Shown: positions 18,090-28,476, counted from the first letter of the stretch. The stretch is DNA of 53,373 nt from an uncultured Faecalibacterium sp. (GCA_944387955.1 CALXGY010000133.1:1-53373); one strand, 5' to 3'. Translations and numbers: made by a program. Notes: generated by a model from the sequence alone, not told the origin.

Positions 18090-18980
18090 ATGAAAAAGTT
18101 CAATCGTCGTTCTTTCCTGGCCATCTGCAGCGCAGTGGCAGCAGTGAGCATCATGACCGCCTGCGGCGCTGCTTCCAGCTCTTCTGTGGCTGCTTCCAGC
18201 ACTGTGTCCGGCTCCTCTTCTGCCGCAGCCTCCACCGTTTCCGTCAGCGGCACCGTCAACACCAACGGTTCCACCTCGATGGAGGACGTGATGGGCTCCC
18301 TGATCGAGGCCTTTAAGGAGGTCCAGCCCGGCGTGACCGTCAACTACACCGGTTCCGGTTCCGGCGCAGGCATCACCGGCGCTCAGGACGGCACCTGCGA
18401 CATCGGCCTTGCTTCCCGTGACCTGAAGGACGAGGAGACCGGCGTCAAGCAGATCACCCTGGCCAAGGACGGCATCGCGGTCATCGTCAACCCTGCAAAC
18501 CCGGTGGCAGACCTGTCCATCGAGCAGATCGCCCAGCTGTTCAACGGCGAGATCACCAACTGGTCTGAGGTGGGCGGCGAGGACGCCGAGGTGGTTCCCA
18601 TCGGCCGTGAGGCTGGTTCCGGCACCCGTGACGGCTTCGAGTCCATCACCGGCACCGAGGACGCCTGCGTCTACCAGAACGAGCTGACCTCCACCGGCGA
18701 GGTCATCGCCAACGTGGCCTCCAACCCCAACGCCATCGGCTATGCCTCCCTGTCCGCTGTGGAAGAGGACAGCACCATCAAGGCCCTGACCGTGGGCGGC
18801 GTGGCTGCTTCCGAGGAGACCGTTCTGGACGGCAGCTACCTCATCCAGCGCAACTTCAACCTGATCCTCAGCGACAGCAAGGAGCTGTCCGAGGCAGCAC
18901 AGGCCTTTGTGGACTGGGCTACTTCCACCGACGCTTCCGACCTGATTGCCGGCGCAGGCGCTGTCCCTGTGGCTGAGTAA
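18090..18980 (+). CDS. pstS: Phosphate ABC transporter substrate-binding lipoprotein
   Basis: NGSTSM, GSGSGAG, DIGLASR and REAGSGTR motifs, lipobox MTAC. First gene of the pst operon. Confidence 0.95.
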   Translation: MKKFNRRSFLAICSAVAAVSIMTACGAASSSSVAASSTVSGSSSAAASTVSVSGTVNTNGSTSMEDVMGSLIEAFKEVQPGVTVNYTGSGSGAGITGAQDGTCDIGLASRDLKDEETGVKQITLAKDGIAVIVNPANPVADLSIEQIAQLFNGEITNWSEVGGEDAEVVPIGREAGSGTRDGFESITGTEDACVYQNELTSTGEVIANVASNPNAIGYASLSAVEEDSTIKALTVGGVAASEETVLDGSYLIQRNFNLILSDSKELSEAAQAFVDWATSTDASDLIAGAGAVPVAE

Positions 18981-19005
18981 AACAAAAGATCCGCTCACAG
19001 CGGTC

Positions 19006-19038
19006 GGAATGCCCCCTTGGTCTTCGAGGGGGCATTCC
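19006..19038 (+). other. Intercistronic stem-loop after pstS
   Basis: GGAATGCCCCCT...AGGGGGCATTCC inverted repeat with no long U tract. A role in mRNA stabilisation is inferred. Confidence 0.55.
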
Positions 19039-19074
19039 TCTTCCCGGGCGGTTTTGAGAAAGGCTGGTTATTCC

Positions 19075-19941
19075 ATGAAACAAAAGATCCGGCCGATGGA
19101 GAAGATCATGAGCGGGGTGTTCCTGTTCTGCGGCATCATCGCCATCGCGTTCGTACTCTTCATCAGCATCTATCTGATTATTTCGGGCCTGCCCGCCATC
19201 CGGCAGATCGGCCTTGCAGAGTTTTTGCTGGGGGACAAGTGGGCCTCCACAGCGTCTGAGCCCAAGTTCGGCATCCTTCCCTTCATCCTCACCTCGATCT
19301 ACGGCACCTGCGGGGCCATCCTCATCGGGGTGCCGGTGGGCTTCATGACCGCAGTGTTCCTGGCCAAGGTCGCCTCCCCGAAGGTGGCCGCGGTGGTCCG
19401 CCCGGCGGTGGAACTGCTGGCCGGCATCCCCTCGGTGGTCTACGGCCTCATCGGTATGATGGTGCTGGTGCCCGCCGTGCGCGAGGCATTCGACCTGCCG
19501 GACGGCGCAAGCCTGTTCTGCGCCATCATCGTGCTGGCGGTCGTGCTCCTGCCCTCCATCATCTCGGTGTCCGAAAACGCCCTCAAGGCGGTGCCCCGGG
19601 AATATGAGGAGGCCAGCCTGGCCCTGGGAGCCACCCAGATCGAGACCATCTTCAAGGTCAGCGCCCCGGCGGCCTCCAGCGGCATTGCAGCCGCGGTGGT
19701 TCTGGGTATCGGCCGCGCCATCGGCGAGGCCATGGCCATCATGATGGTGGCCGGCAACGTGGCCAACATGCCCAGCCTTTTCGCCAGCGTGCGGTTCCTC
19801 ACCACGGCGGTGGCCAGCGAGATGGCCTATGCCTCGGGGCTGCAGCGTCAGGCGCTGTACTCCATTGCGCTGGTGCTCTTCGTCTTTATCATGATCATCA
19901 ACATCGTGCTGAACAGCCTGCTCAAGAGAAAGGGGGACTAA
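19075..19941 (+). CDS. pstC: Phosphate ABC transporter permease
   Basis: ELLAGIPSVVYG, EASLALGA and GRAIGEAMA motifs. Confidence 0.95.
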   Translation: MKQKIRPMEKIMSGVFLFCGIIAIAFVLFISIYLIISGLPAIRQIGLAEFLLGDKWASTASEPKFGILPFILTSIYGTCGAILIGVPVGFMTAVFLAKVASPKVAAVVRPAVELLAGIPSVVYGLIGMMVLVPAVREAFDLPDGASLFCAIIVLAVVLLPSIISVSENALKAVPREYEEASLALGATQIETIFKVSAPAASSGIAAAVVLGIGRAIGEAMAIMMVAGNVANMPSLFASVRFLTTAVASEMAYASGLQRQALYSIALVLFVFIMIINIVLNSLLKRKGD

Positions 19942-19945
19942 GGAA

Positions 19946-20821
19946 ATGGACAAAACCGAGCAAAAGCGCACCCTTTCGGGCCGCCGCCGCGCCTATGAGC
20001 TGATCCTGCGCAGTCTTTTATACCTCTGCGCCGCGCTGACTCTGGCCCTGCTGGTCTTTGTGATCGGCTACATCTTCGTCCGGGGCCTGCCCCACATTAC
20101 CTGGGAGCTGCTGAGCACCTCCCCCAGCTACATCCGGGATACCATCGGCATCCTGCCCAACATCCTCAACACCCTCTTCCTGGTGGTGGTGACCCTGGTC
20201 ATCACCCTGCCCCTGGGAGTGGGCGCGGCCATCTACCTGACCGAGTACGCCAAAAACAAAAAGCTGGTGGCGGCCATTGAGTTTGCCACCGAGACCCTGA
20301 CCGGCATCCCCTCCATCATCTTCGGCCTTGTGGGCATGCTCTTTTTCTGCCAGCTGCTGGGGCTGCAGGCTTCGCTGCTGGCCGGTGCGCTGACTTTGGT
20401 CATCGTCACCATCCCCACCATCATCCGCACCACCCAGGAGAGTTTAAAGACGGTGCCCCAGTCCTACCGGGAGGCCGCGCTGGGCCTGGGCAGCGGCAAG
20501 TGGACCATGATCCGCACCGTGGTGCTGCCCTCCTCCATCGACGGCATCGTCACCGGCTGCATCCTGTCGGTGGGCCGAATCGTGGGCGAGAGCGCGGCCC
20601 TGCTCTTCACCGCCGGCATGGGCATGAGCATGAACAACTTCTTTGGGTCGCTGGATCAGTTCCTGCACTCCTCCGGCGCATCCCTGACCGTGGCGCTGTA
20701 TGTCTACGCACGGGAGCGGGCGGAATTTGACGTGGCCTTTGCCATCGCCGCCATCCTCATGATCCTGACCCTTGTCATCAACCTGGCCGCCGGTCTGGCG
20801 GGCCGCAAACTGAAAAAGTAA
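19946..20821 (+). CDS. pstA: Phosphate ABC transporter permease
   Basis: [25 protein letters not shown] and GRIVGESA motifs. Confidence 0.95.
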   Translation: MDKTEQKRTLSGRRRAYELILRSLLYLCAALTLALLVFVIGYIFVRGLPHITWELLSTSPSYIRDTIGILPNILNTLFLVVVTLVITLPLGVGAAIYLTEYAKNKKLVAAIEFATETLTGIPSIIFGLVGMLFFCQLLGLQASLLAGALTLVIVTIPTIIRTTQESLKTVPQSYREAALGLGSGKWTMIRTVVLPSSIDGIVTGCILSVGRIVGESAALLFTAGMGMSMNNFFGSLDQFLHSSGASLTVALYVYARERAEFDVAFAIAAILMILTLVINLAAGLAGRKLKK

Positions 20822-20840
20822 AAAAAGGGAGAATTGGAAT

Positions 20841-21596
20841 ATGCCCACGATTATCCAAGCCAAGGACCTGGACCTCTGGTACGGTCCGAACCAGGCTCTG
20901 AAAAAGATCAACCTTGAGATCCCCGAGCGGCAGATCACCGCTCTCATCGGGCCTTCCGGCTGCGGCAAGTCCACCTTCCTGCGGACCATCGACCGGATGA
21001 ACGACCTGGTGAATGGGGTGAAGGTGGAGGGCCAGATGCTCTACCACGGCGAGGACGTTTACGCCCCCGGTGTGGATGTGACCTGGCTGCGCCGCAAGAT
21101 CGGCATGGTCTTCCAGAAGGCCAACCCCTTCCCCATGAGCATCTACGACAACATCGCTTACGGCCCCCGCATCCACGGCATCCGCAAAAAGGCGGAGCTG
21201 GACGAGCTGGTGGAGAGCAGCCTGCGGGGCGCGGCCCTCTGGGATGAGGTCAAGGACCGTCTGAAAAAGAGCGCCCTGGGCCTGTCGGGCGGCCAGCAGC
21301 AGCGTCTGTGCATCGCCCGGGCCCTGGCGGTCAAGCCCGAGGTGCTGCTGATGGACGAGTCCACCAGCGCTTTGGACCCCGGCAGCACCATGCGCATTGA
21401 GGACCTGATGAACGAGCTGAAGAAGGAATACACGGTGGTCATCGTCACCCACAACATGCAGCAGGCCGCCCGCATCAGCGACCGCACCGCCTTTTTCCTG
21501 CTGGGCGAGATGGTGGAGGAAGGCCCCACCGCCAAGATCTTCAGCACCCCGGCGGACAAGCGCACCGAGGATTACATCTCCGGCCGGTTTGGCTGA
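20841..21596 (+). CDS. pstB: Phosphate ABC transporter ATP-binding protein
   Basis: [25 protein letters not shown] and YISGRFG motifs. Confidence 0.97.
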   Translation: MPTIIQAKDLDLWYGPNQALKKINLEIPERQITALIGPSGCGKSTFLRTIDRMNDLVNGVKVEGQMLYHGEDVYAPGVDVTWLRRKIGMVFQKANPFPMSIYDNIAYGPRIHGIRKKAELDELVESSLRGAALWDEVKDRLKKSALGLSGGQQQRLCIARALAVKPEVLLMDESTSALDPGSTMRIEDLMNELKKEYTVVIVTHNMQQAARISDRTAFFLLGEMVEEGPTAKIFSTPADKRTEDYISGRFG

Positions 21597-21636
21597 GAAG
21601 TGCAGCAACACCCAGTAAGAAATGAGGGGATACAAC

Positions 21637-22305
21637 ATGAGCAACCGCAAGCAATACGACGAGGATCTGGCCGCGCTGAACCGTGCGCTGATCGAAATGG
21701 GCCAGGAGGTGGCGGACGCGGTGGAAAACGCGGTCCAGGCCCTGGCCGCCGCCGACCCGGACGCCGCCCGCCGGGTGGTGGAAGGAGACCGGAACATCAA
21801 TGCCATGGAGCGGGACATCGAGCACCGCTGCATGACCCTGCTGCTTCGCCAGCAGCCGGTGGCAGGAGATCTGCGCCGGATCACCGCCGTGCACAAGGTG
21901 GTCACCGACCTGGAGCGGATCGGGGACCACGCCGCCGACATCGCCGACATCGTGCCCCATCTGTTTGAGGTGCGCCGGGCCGGAGATGCGGCGGTGAGCC
22001 AGTCCATCCACATGGGCCAGAAAGCCCACCGCATGATCCTGAACGCCCTGGACGCCTTCCTGCGGCAGGACGAGGCCGCCGCCCGGCATGTCATCGCGGC
22101 GGACGACGAGGTGGACTTTGATTTTGACGCCATCAAAAAGGTGCTGGGTCAGGAGATCGCCGCCGACCCCGGCCGGGTGGATGCCTGCCTCGACCTTTTG
22201 ATGGTCATCAAATACCTGGAACGGATCGGAGATCACGCGGTGAACCTGGCCGAGTGGGTCCAGTTCGTGCGCACCGGCCTTTACAAAAATCAGAACATGT
22301 TCTGA
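21637..22305 (+). CDS. phoU: Phosphate transport regulator PhoU
   Basis: QQPVAGDLR and the duplicated LERIGDHA motif. Confidence 0.96.
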   Translation: MSNRKQYDEDLAALNRALIEMGQEVADAVENAVQALAAADPDAARRVVEGDRNINAMERDIEHRCMTLLLRQQPVAGDLRRITAVHKVVTDLERIGDHAADIADIVPHLFEVRRAGDAAVSQSIHMGQKAHRMILNALDAFLRQDEAAARHVIAADDEVDFDFDAIKKVLGQEIAADPGRVDACLDLLMVIKYLERIGDHAVNLAEWVQFVRTGLYKNQNMF

Positions 22306-22351
22306 GGACGGAAAGTTCTCCGCGCAACAGAAATTTTCCTCCCTCCTCTGC

Positions 22352-22387
22352 AAAGCAGGGCACCCGAAATGCGGTCCCTGCTTTTTT
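22352..22387 (+). terminator. Terminator of the pst-phoU operon
   Basis: AAGCAGGG...CCCTGCTT stem followed by a T run. Confidence 0.65.
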
Positions 22388-22539
22388 CGTTTTCCGACAG
22401 AGGAAAGAAAAAATTCTGCGGATTTTCTGCAATAATTCGGTCTCCCAGTTCGTATGTAGGATATACGACCCAATCGAACGGGGCGCGCTGGCCGGTCCCC
22501 CCACTCCGCGCAGCGCGCACCCCACTGGAGGAAGATATT

Positions 22540-22932
22540 ATGGCGAAAAAAAGACCTTTCCCCGTGGAAGACGGCGCAGCGGTCAGCCGCGAGGCGCTGG
22601 TGGAAGCGGCAATGTATGAAATTACCTCGAACTATCGGGAGGCTTGTCTGTCCAACGTGGCCCGGGCCTACGGCGTTTCTCTGGCCTACGTGAGCGAGTG
22701 CGTGCACTCCGAGACCGGACGTACTTACAAGGAACTTCTGCAGAAGCACCGCATCGAGACGGCGGCGCGGCTTCTGCGCCGCAGCGACCAGAGCGTGCAG
22801 CAGATCATCGCCCAGGTGGGCTATGAGAACACCAGCTATTTCTACCGTCTGTTCCACCAGCGCTACGGCCAGAGCCCCAGGGAATACCGCCTGGCCCGCA
22901 CCCGCCCGTCCGGGCGGCGCACCGAGGCGTAA
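22540..22932 (+). CDS. AraC-family regulator, DNA-binding domain only
   Basis: VGYENTSYFYRLFHQRYGQSPREYR AraC signature, 130 aa, RBS GGAGG. Confidence 0.88.
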   Translation: MAKKRPFPVEDGAAVSREALVEAAMYEITSNYREACLSNVARAYGVSLAYVSECVHSETGRTYKELLQKHRIETAARLLRRSDQSVQQIIAQVGYENTSYFYRLFHQRYGQSPREYRLARTRPSGRRTEA

Positions 22933-22998
22933 ACCTGTCGGAGCGGCCCCTTTTCTGAGCGTTTCTCTCTCCTCTCTTTTTTCTTGGCTGCGTCCCCC

Positions 22999-23033
22999 AA
23001 AAGCCCCTCCTGCCCTTTGGCAGGAGGGGCTTT
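22999..23033 (+). terminator. Intrinsic terminator
   Basis: AAAGCCCCTCCTGCC-cttt-GGCAGGAGGGGCTTT. Confidence 0.75.
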
Positions 23034-23165
23034 GTGCCGCTGTGCCGCGATTCAGGCGGACGGCCCGGGCGGTCACAACCAGTTTTTTACAGCTGAATCT
23101 GGTATTTTTGTCCAAAATAGTGTATACTTAGTCCATCCGACGTGTTAAAGAGAGGATGAGAGAGC

Positions 23166-23666
23166 ATGTTTCGCGGCGCAAATCGTTTTGAACTGGATCG
23201 GATCATGGAGATCTATGCCCATGCCCGTGCGGTGATGGCAGCCTCGGGCAACTCCACCCAGTGGGGGGACAGCTTCCCCTCCCGGGAGCTGATCGAGGAG
23301 GATATCCTGTCCAATCGCCTGTTCGTCTATATGGTCAATGGCCGCATGGAGGCCGTCTTTGCCTTTATCCTGGGCGACGATCCCACCTACGCCGAGATCG
23401 AGGACGGGGAATGGCTCTCAAACGGCCCCTACGGCACCCTGCACCGGCTGGCTTCGGCCGGGCTGCGCCCGGGGGTGGCGGGAGAGGTCATAGACTGGTG
23501 TCTGGAACGGTGGGAGGGCCTGCGGGCGGACACCCACGCCGACAACAAGATCATGCAGCATGTGCTGGAAAAGAAGGGCTTTGCCCGCTGCGGCATCATC
23601 CATGTAGCCAACGGCACCCCCCGCATCGCCTACCAGAAGATGGCGGGCGGACATATTGAAGAATGA
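23166..23666 (+). CDS. GNAT-family acetyltransferase
   Basis: QWGDSFP, LHRLAS, RADTHADNKIMQ and KGFARCG pattern. Confidence 0.85.
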   Translation: MFRGANRFELDRIMEIYAHARAVMAASGNSTQWGDSFPSRELIEEDILSNRLFVYMVNGRMEAVFAFILGDDPTYAEIEDGEWLSNGPYGTLHRLASAGLRPGVAGEVIDWCLERWEGLRADTHADNKIMQHVLEKKGFARCGIIHVANGTPRIAYQKMAGGHIEE

Positions 23667-23672
23667 AACATA

Positions 23673-23718
23673 AAACGCCAAACGGCTCCCCTGTGCAGAC
23701 AGGGGAGCCGTTTGGCGT
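23673..23718. terminator. Long bidirectional terminator hairpin
   Basis: AACGCCAAACGGCTCCCCTGT...ACAGGGGAGCCGTTTGGCGTT between convergent genes. Confidence 0.8.
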
Positions 23719-23740
23719 TATGGAAAAAGGGGAGGAGAGG

Positions 23741-25021
23741 TCATTCGTACCGCAGCGCCTCGATGGGGTCCATCTTTGCGGCCTTGTTGGCGGGATAGTA
23801 GCCGAAGAACAGGCCGATGGCCAGGGAGAAGCCCACCGAGATCAGGATGCTGGTGGTGGAGGGCAGATACCCCACCTTGGCGATGAGCTTGGAGCCGACA
23901 TAGCCCACTGCGGTGCCCAGAGCCAGGCCCAGAATGCCGCCGATGAAGCAGATGATCATGCTCTCCACCACAAACTGGGTGCGAATCTGGGCGTTGGTGG
24001 CGCCCAGAGCCTTGCGGGTGCCGATCTCCCGGGTGCGCTCGGTGACCGACACCAGCATGATGTTCATAACGCCGATGCCGCCCACCAGCAGCGAGATGCC
24101 CGCGATGACCGACAGCGCCAGACTGATGGAGCCCATGATGGCGTTCATGGATTCCACCACGCTCTGCATGCTGAAGGAGGACACCTGAAAGCTCTCGTTG
24201 CGCTCATAGTACCGGTTCAGGAAGGAGGCTGCCGTCTGTGCAAAGGCGGTGCTGTCCACGTCCGGCGCGGTGGCGATGGTCAGGCTGGTATAGCCGTCCG
24301 GCTCGCCGTTCATCCGCTTGGCGGTGGTCAGCGGGATATACAAAGTGGTGGGGATCTTGCTCTCGGCGGTGTTGCTGGCCGAGGTCACCTGGAACTGATA
24401 GACCCCCACGATGGTCAGGTTCAAAACCTGGGAGCCGGGGGAACTCTCGGTGCCCTGGTAGACCCGCAGGTTCTGGCCCAGTGCGGCCTGGACGTCCCCG
24501 CCGAAGAGGTTTGCCACCAGACGGTCCGAGACCACGGCCACCTCCCGGAACCGGTCCATGTCCCGCTGGTTCAGGGTGCGCCCGGCGGCAAGCTTGAGCC
24601 CCTCCACGGCAAAGAAGCCCTCGTTTACTCCCTGCACGCTGACATTGGCGGTGGAGCCGTCCCGGCGGCCCTCGCCGTCAAACATGTAGTTCATGGCGCT
24701 GATGCCCAGGATGGCGCCGGGGTAACGCTGGCTCAAGGCGTCCAGCATCGGATCGGTGATGTAATCCTCCGGCTCGTATACCATCCGGAGCGGCAGCTGG
24801 CCGTCCGGGGTCTCCTTGATCTGAAGATAGAGATTGATGTTGTTGGCGCCCAGGGAACCCAGGTTTTGGGTCACGCTTCCGCTCATGCCCTCGCCCACGG
24901 TCAGAATGCCGATGACCGAGGCAATGCCGATGATGATGCCCAGCATGGTCAAAAGGGCCCGCATCTTGTTGGCGGCCACCCCTTCCCAGGCGAGGCGCAG
25001 ATTTTCAATGAGGCTGGTCAT
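23741..25021 (-). CDS. MacB/YknZ-type ABC transporter permease
   Basis: NKMRALLTMLGIIIG, GGIGVMNIMLVSVTERTREIG and DPIEALRYE motifs. Confidence 0.95.
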   Translation of the reverse strand: MTSLIENLRLAWEGVAANKMRALLTMLGIIIGIASVIGILTVGEGMSGSVTQNLGSLGANNINLYLQIKETPDGQLPLRMVYEPEDYITDPMLDALSQRYPGAILGISAMNYMFDGEGRRDGSTANVSVQGVNEGFFAVEGLKLAAGRTLNQRDMDRFREVAVVSDRLVANLFGGDVQAALGQNLRVYQGTESSPGSQVLNLTIVGVYQFQVTSASNTAESKIPTTLYIPLTTAKRMNGEPDGYTSLTIATAPDVDSTAFAQTAASFLNRYYERNESFQVSSFSMQSVVESMNAIMGSISLALSVIAGISLLVGGIGVMNIMLVSVTERTREIGTRKALGATNAQIRTQFVVESMIICFIGGILGLALGTAVGYVGSKLIAKVGYLPSTTSILISVGFSLAIGLFFGYYPANKAAKMDPIEALRYE

Positions 25022-25731
25022 GCAGAAGTCACCTCACTTTTTGTGTCCAGCAGGCCGTCCCGCATGGTCAGGATGCGGTCGGTCTCCCGGGCCAGCTCCT
25101 GACTGTGGGTGATGAGGACGATGGTCTTGCCGTTTTCCCGGTTGAGCTTATGGAACAGGTCCATCACCAGCCGTCCGGTCTTGCTGTCCAGCGCGCCGGT
25201 GGGTTCGTCCGCCAGCAGGATGGCCGGGTCGTTGGCCATGGCCCGGGCGATGGCCACCCGCTGCTTCTGTCCGCCGGAGAGCTCGTTGGGCAGGTGAGAG
25301 GTCCGCTCCCCCATGCCCACCATCTCCAAAAGTTCTCTGGCCCGGGCGGCCCGCTGGGTCTGGGACAGCCCGGCGTAGAGCATGGGCAGCTCCACATTCC
25401 GCTGGGCGTTGATCCGGGGCACCAGGTTAAAGGTCTGGAACACAAACCCCACCTTCTGGTTCCGGATGGCGGACAGCTCCAGGTCGTCCGCCGTATCCAC
25501 CGCCAGACCGTCCAGCAGATAGCTGCCCTCGGTGGGGCGGTCCAGCGCGCCGATGATGTTCATGAGGGTGGATTTGCCCGAGCCGGAGGCCCCCACGATG
25601 GAGACGAACTCCCCGGGGTAGACGTCCAGGTCGATGCCGTGGAGGATCTCCAGCTCATTGGGCTGGCCGATGTAAAACCGTTTGACGATGCCCCGCATCT
25701 GGATAATGGGGGTGCGCTTATCGGTGCTCAA
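25018..25731 (-). CDS. MacB/YknY-type ABC transporter ATP-binding protein
   Basis: GASGSGKST, LSGGQKQRVAIARA and ADEPTGALD motifs. TTG start after GGAGG overlaps the upstream stop. Confidence 0.94.
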   Translation of the reverse strand: MSTDKRTPIIQMRGIVKRFYIGQPNELEILHGIDLDVYPGEFVSIVGASGSGKSTLMNIIGALDRPTEGSYLLDGLAVDTADDLELSAIRNQKVGFVFQTFNLVPRINAQRNVELPMLYAGLSQTQRAARARELLEMVGMGERTSHLPNELSGGQKQRVAIARAMANDPAILLADEPTGALDSKTGRLVMDLFHKLNRENGKTIVLITHSQELARETDRILTMRDGLLDTKSEVTSA

Positions 25732-27728
25732 TACAACATCCCTCCCAGGCTGAACATCTCCTCGGTGGGGCCGGTGCGGGCAAAGCCGCTGGAAACCGGC
25801 ACGGTCTGGCCCCGCTGGCCGAGGTAGCTCTGGGGAGTGGTGATGAGCTGGGCCCCTTCGGCCAGAGCGCCGGATTCCACAGGCTGCACTGCGATGTAGG
25901 AGTCGTTTTCCAGGCCGGTCTCCACCGGGCACTCCACCAGCTTTGCCTGGGTGCCGGAAGAATCGGTCTGTGCCAGCAGCACGCAGCTCTGCCCGGATTC
26001 GTTGGTGTACAGCGCCTCATAGGGTACGGTCAGGCAGTCCTCCTGCTCGCTGAGCACAAAGCGCAGGGAAGCGCCGGTGCCGATGCGGAGCTTGGTGTCG
26101 GGGCTGTCCACCTGCACCTTCACCTCGAACTCGGCGGTGTTGGTCTGGATGCTCTGACCGGAATCGTTCTTGGTGGAGGTGGGAGCGATGAAGCTCACCG
26201 TCCCCTCATAGGTCTCGGCCCCGGCGGCTTCCGAGGTGATCTGCACCGGAGTGCCCACCTGGAGGGAGGCAATGTTGTATTCCTTGACCTTGCAGTTGAT
26301 GACCAGATCCCCGATGTCCTCGATCACGAACATCAGCCCGGCGCTGGCGCCTGCGCTGGAGATGCTGGCCACGTTTTTGCCCACCGCCACATAGCTGGCG
26401 GTGACGGTGCCGTCGGCGGGAGCGTAGATGGAGCAGTTTTCCAGATCCTGCTGGAGCTGATCCAGATCCAGCTGGGCTGCTGCCACGGCGGTCTCATAGC
26501 TCACCCGGGCCTCTTCGTAGGTGCGCTTGGCGGTGTTCAGGGCGTCGGTCAGGCTCTGGGCCTTCTCGTCCGCGTCGGTGCTGGTGCGGGTGAAGGTGCG
26601 GGTGGCCAGGTCATACTGGCGCACCGCAGAGCCCAGGGCCAAAGCCCGGTTGTCCAGATTCTGCAGCGCGGTCTGATAGCCGGTGAAGGCGGCCTGCACG
26701 TCGTTTGCATAGTTGGTCAGCTTGCCGCTGGAGAAGGTCACCAGCGCGGACAGGATGCCGCTGAGGGCCTTGGCCGAGGTGCTCATCTCGCCGCCCGCAA
26801 GGAGCAGCGCGTCGGAGAGGTTGCTCAGGGTCAGGCTGGCGGCGTCCATGGCCTTGCCCGCAGCGTCCAGCCGGTCGGCTGCGGCGGTGTGGCTCTGGGT
26901 CAGATTCTGGTATTCCTCCAGCGCCTGCTGGTGGACGGTCAGCGCATCGGCGTACTGCTCCTGGAGCATCAGCTGCTGGGCGGTGATCCGGGCGTAGGCC
27001 TGCTCGGCCTCGGTGCCGTCGGCCCGGGGAGTGTAGCGGCTCACCGTCTCGTTCCACTTGGCACGGGCGGCGTCGTAATCCTGCAGCGCATAGGAGTAGC
27101 TGCTCCGGGCGGTGTCCAGGCTCTGGCGGGCCGACTCGATGCCGGAATCGGCGCTGACCTGCTCGGGGGTGATGTTGGCCGCCACCTGGTTTTGGTAGGT
27201 GTCGTATTCCCGCTGGGCCTGCTGCAGCCGTTCATAGGCGGCGTTCATGCTGCTGAGGGCGGTCTGAATGGCGGTGTTGTAGCTCACCGTACCGCCGCCT
27301 GCGGCGGCCAGCTGCTTTTCCTGCAGATTCTTGCGCAGCTCGGTGGAGTCCAGCACGCAGAGCAGGTCCCCCTTCTTGACCGTGTCGCCCACCGAGACAT
27401 AGATCTCCTTGACCGGGTAGGAGAGGGTGGAGTAAACGAAGTTGGTGTTTGTGCTGCCCACCGTGCCGGTGCCGTTGATGCTTACGGTCAGGTCGCCCCG
27501 CTGCAGGGTGTACAGCTCCCCGCGGGACAGCCCGCCCGAGCCGCTGCCCGGCTTGCGCAGAAAGTAAAAACCTGCCGCAGCCGCCAGCACGACTGCTGCC
27601 AAAAGCAGCAGCACCCGGCCTTTGCGCCGGGGGCGTACCGGCCGCGCTGCAACCGCAGTGCCGCCCGAAGTATCCGAACCGGCGCCTTTTCTGCCGAAGG
27701 GCAGGTGAAAGGATTCCCGAAAAGACAT
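25728..27728 (-). CDS. Membrane fusion (adaptor) protein, HlyD/YknX-like
   Basis: Single TM, split lipoyl-like halves (VSVGDTVKKGDLL ... IYAPADGTV) flanking a long coiled coil, and VETGLEND C-terminus. Confidence 0.88.
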   Translation of the reverse strand: MSFRESFHLPFGRKGAGSDTSGGTAVAARPVRPRRKGRVLLLLAAVVLAAAAGFYFLRKPGSGSGGLSRGELYTLQRGDLTVSINGTGTVGSTNTNFVYSTLSYPVKEIYVSVGDTVKKGDLLCVLDSTELRKNLQEKQLAAAGGGTVSYNTAIQTALSSMNAAYERLQQAQREYDTYQNQVAANITPEQVSADSGIESARQSLDTARSSYSYALQDYDAARAKWNETVSRYTPRADGTEAEQAYARITAQQLMLQEQYADALTVHQQALEEYQNLTQSHTAAADRLDAAGKAMDAASLTLSNLSDALLLAGGEMSTSAKALSGILSALVTFSSGKLTNYANDVQAAFTGYQTALQNLDNRALALGSAVRQYDLATRTFTRTSTDADEKAQSLTDALNTAKRTYEEARVSYETAVAAAQLDLDQLQQDLENCSIYAPADGTVTASYVAVGKNVASISSAGASAGLMFVIEDIGDLVINCKVKEYNIASLQVGTPVQITSEAAGAETYEGTVSFIAPTSTKNDSGQSIQTNTAEFEVKVQVDSPDTKLRIGTGASLRFVLSEQEDCLTVPYEALYTNESGQSCVLLAQTDSSGTQAKLVECPVETGLENDSYIAVQPVESGALAEGAQLITTPQSYLGQRGQTVPVSSGFARTGPTEEMFSLGGMLY

Positions 27729-27933
27729 AGATGTTGATTCCTCCTTGGCGATTGTTTTTTCCTGTGAAATGGTAAAACCAGCATACCATATACGACGAGA
27801 AAAGGGCACTTTATTTCTGAACAAATGGCGAAATTTGTGTGAATAAGAATTGTTGGCGCACTCGCAGGACAAAAAAGACCGGCTCCCCCAAAAAAACGGG
27901 GGAACCGGCCGATGCAAAAAGGAGAGAACGAAA

Positions 27934-28476
27934 TCAGTCCATCCATCCGGTCCGCTGCAGAGCGGTCAGGATCAGCGGGATCAGGATGAGCTGGGCAATG
28001 ATGCCGGGCACGGCGGTAAAGACCGCCCCGGACAGGAAGGCGGACAGCGGGAAATTGCTCACATTCAGCCCGGCCATCACAAACCGCGCCGCGCCCCAGA
28101 CCAGACGCCCGGCCACCATGGCGGTGAGCAGGACGGCGTAGATGGCGGACAGGCTGCGGCGGCTGGCCCGGCGGTAGAGCAGGCCGGACACAAGGCCGTA
28201 GGTGGCCAGCTCAAAAGCCATGGCCAGGGCGGTGGGGTAGAGCCCCGGCGCGCCCACCAGCGCCGAGCGAAGCAGCGGGGTGATGGCTCCCACCGCGAAG
28301 CCCCAGGGACCGCCCAGCACAAAGCCGCACAAAAGCACCGGCAGGTGCATCGGGCAGAGCATGCTGCCGATCTGGGGGATGTTGCCGGTCAGAAAGGGCA
28401 AAAGGATGCCCAGGGCCAGAAAAAGGGCGGCCAGCACAAGGCTGCGGGTGCCGGAGAGGGTCTTGGCGTGGTTCAT
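27934..28476 (-). CDS. ECF transporter S component (solitary, substrate unknown)
   Basis: 180-aa hydrophobic protein with an AxxxA-type first helix (AALFLAL), PMHLPVLLCGFVLGG.WG, and about 6 TM segments. Confidence 0.85.
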   Translation of the reverse strand: MNHAKTLSGTRSLVLAALFLALGILLPFLTGNIPQIGSMLCPMHLPVLLCGFVLGGPWGFAVGAITPLLRSALVGAPGLYPTALAMAFELATYGLVSGLLYRRASRRSLSAIYAVLLTAMVAGRLVWGAARFVMAGLNVSNFPLSAFLSGAVFTAVPGIIAQLILIPLILTALQRTGWMD

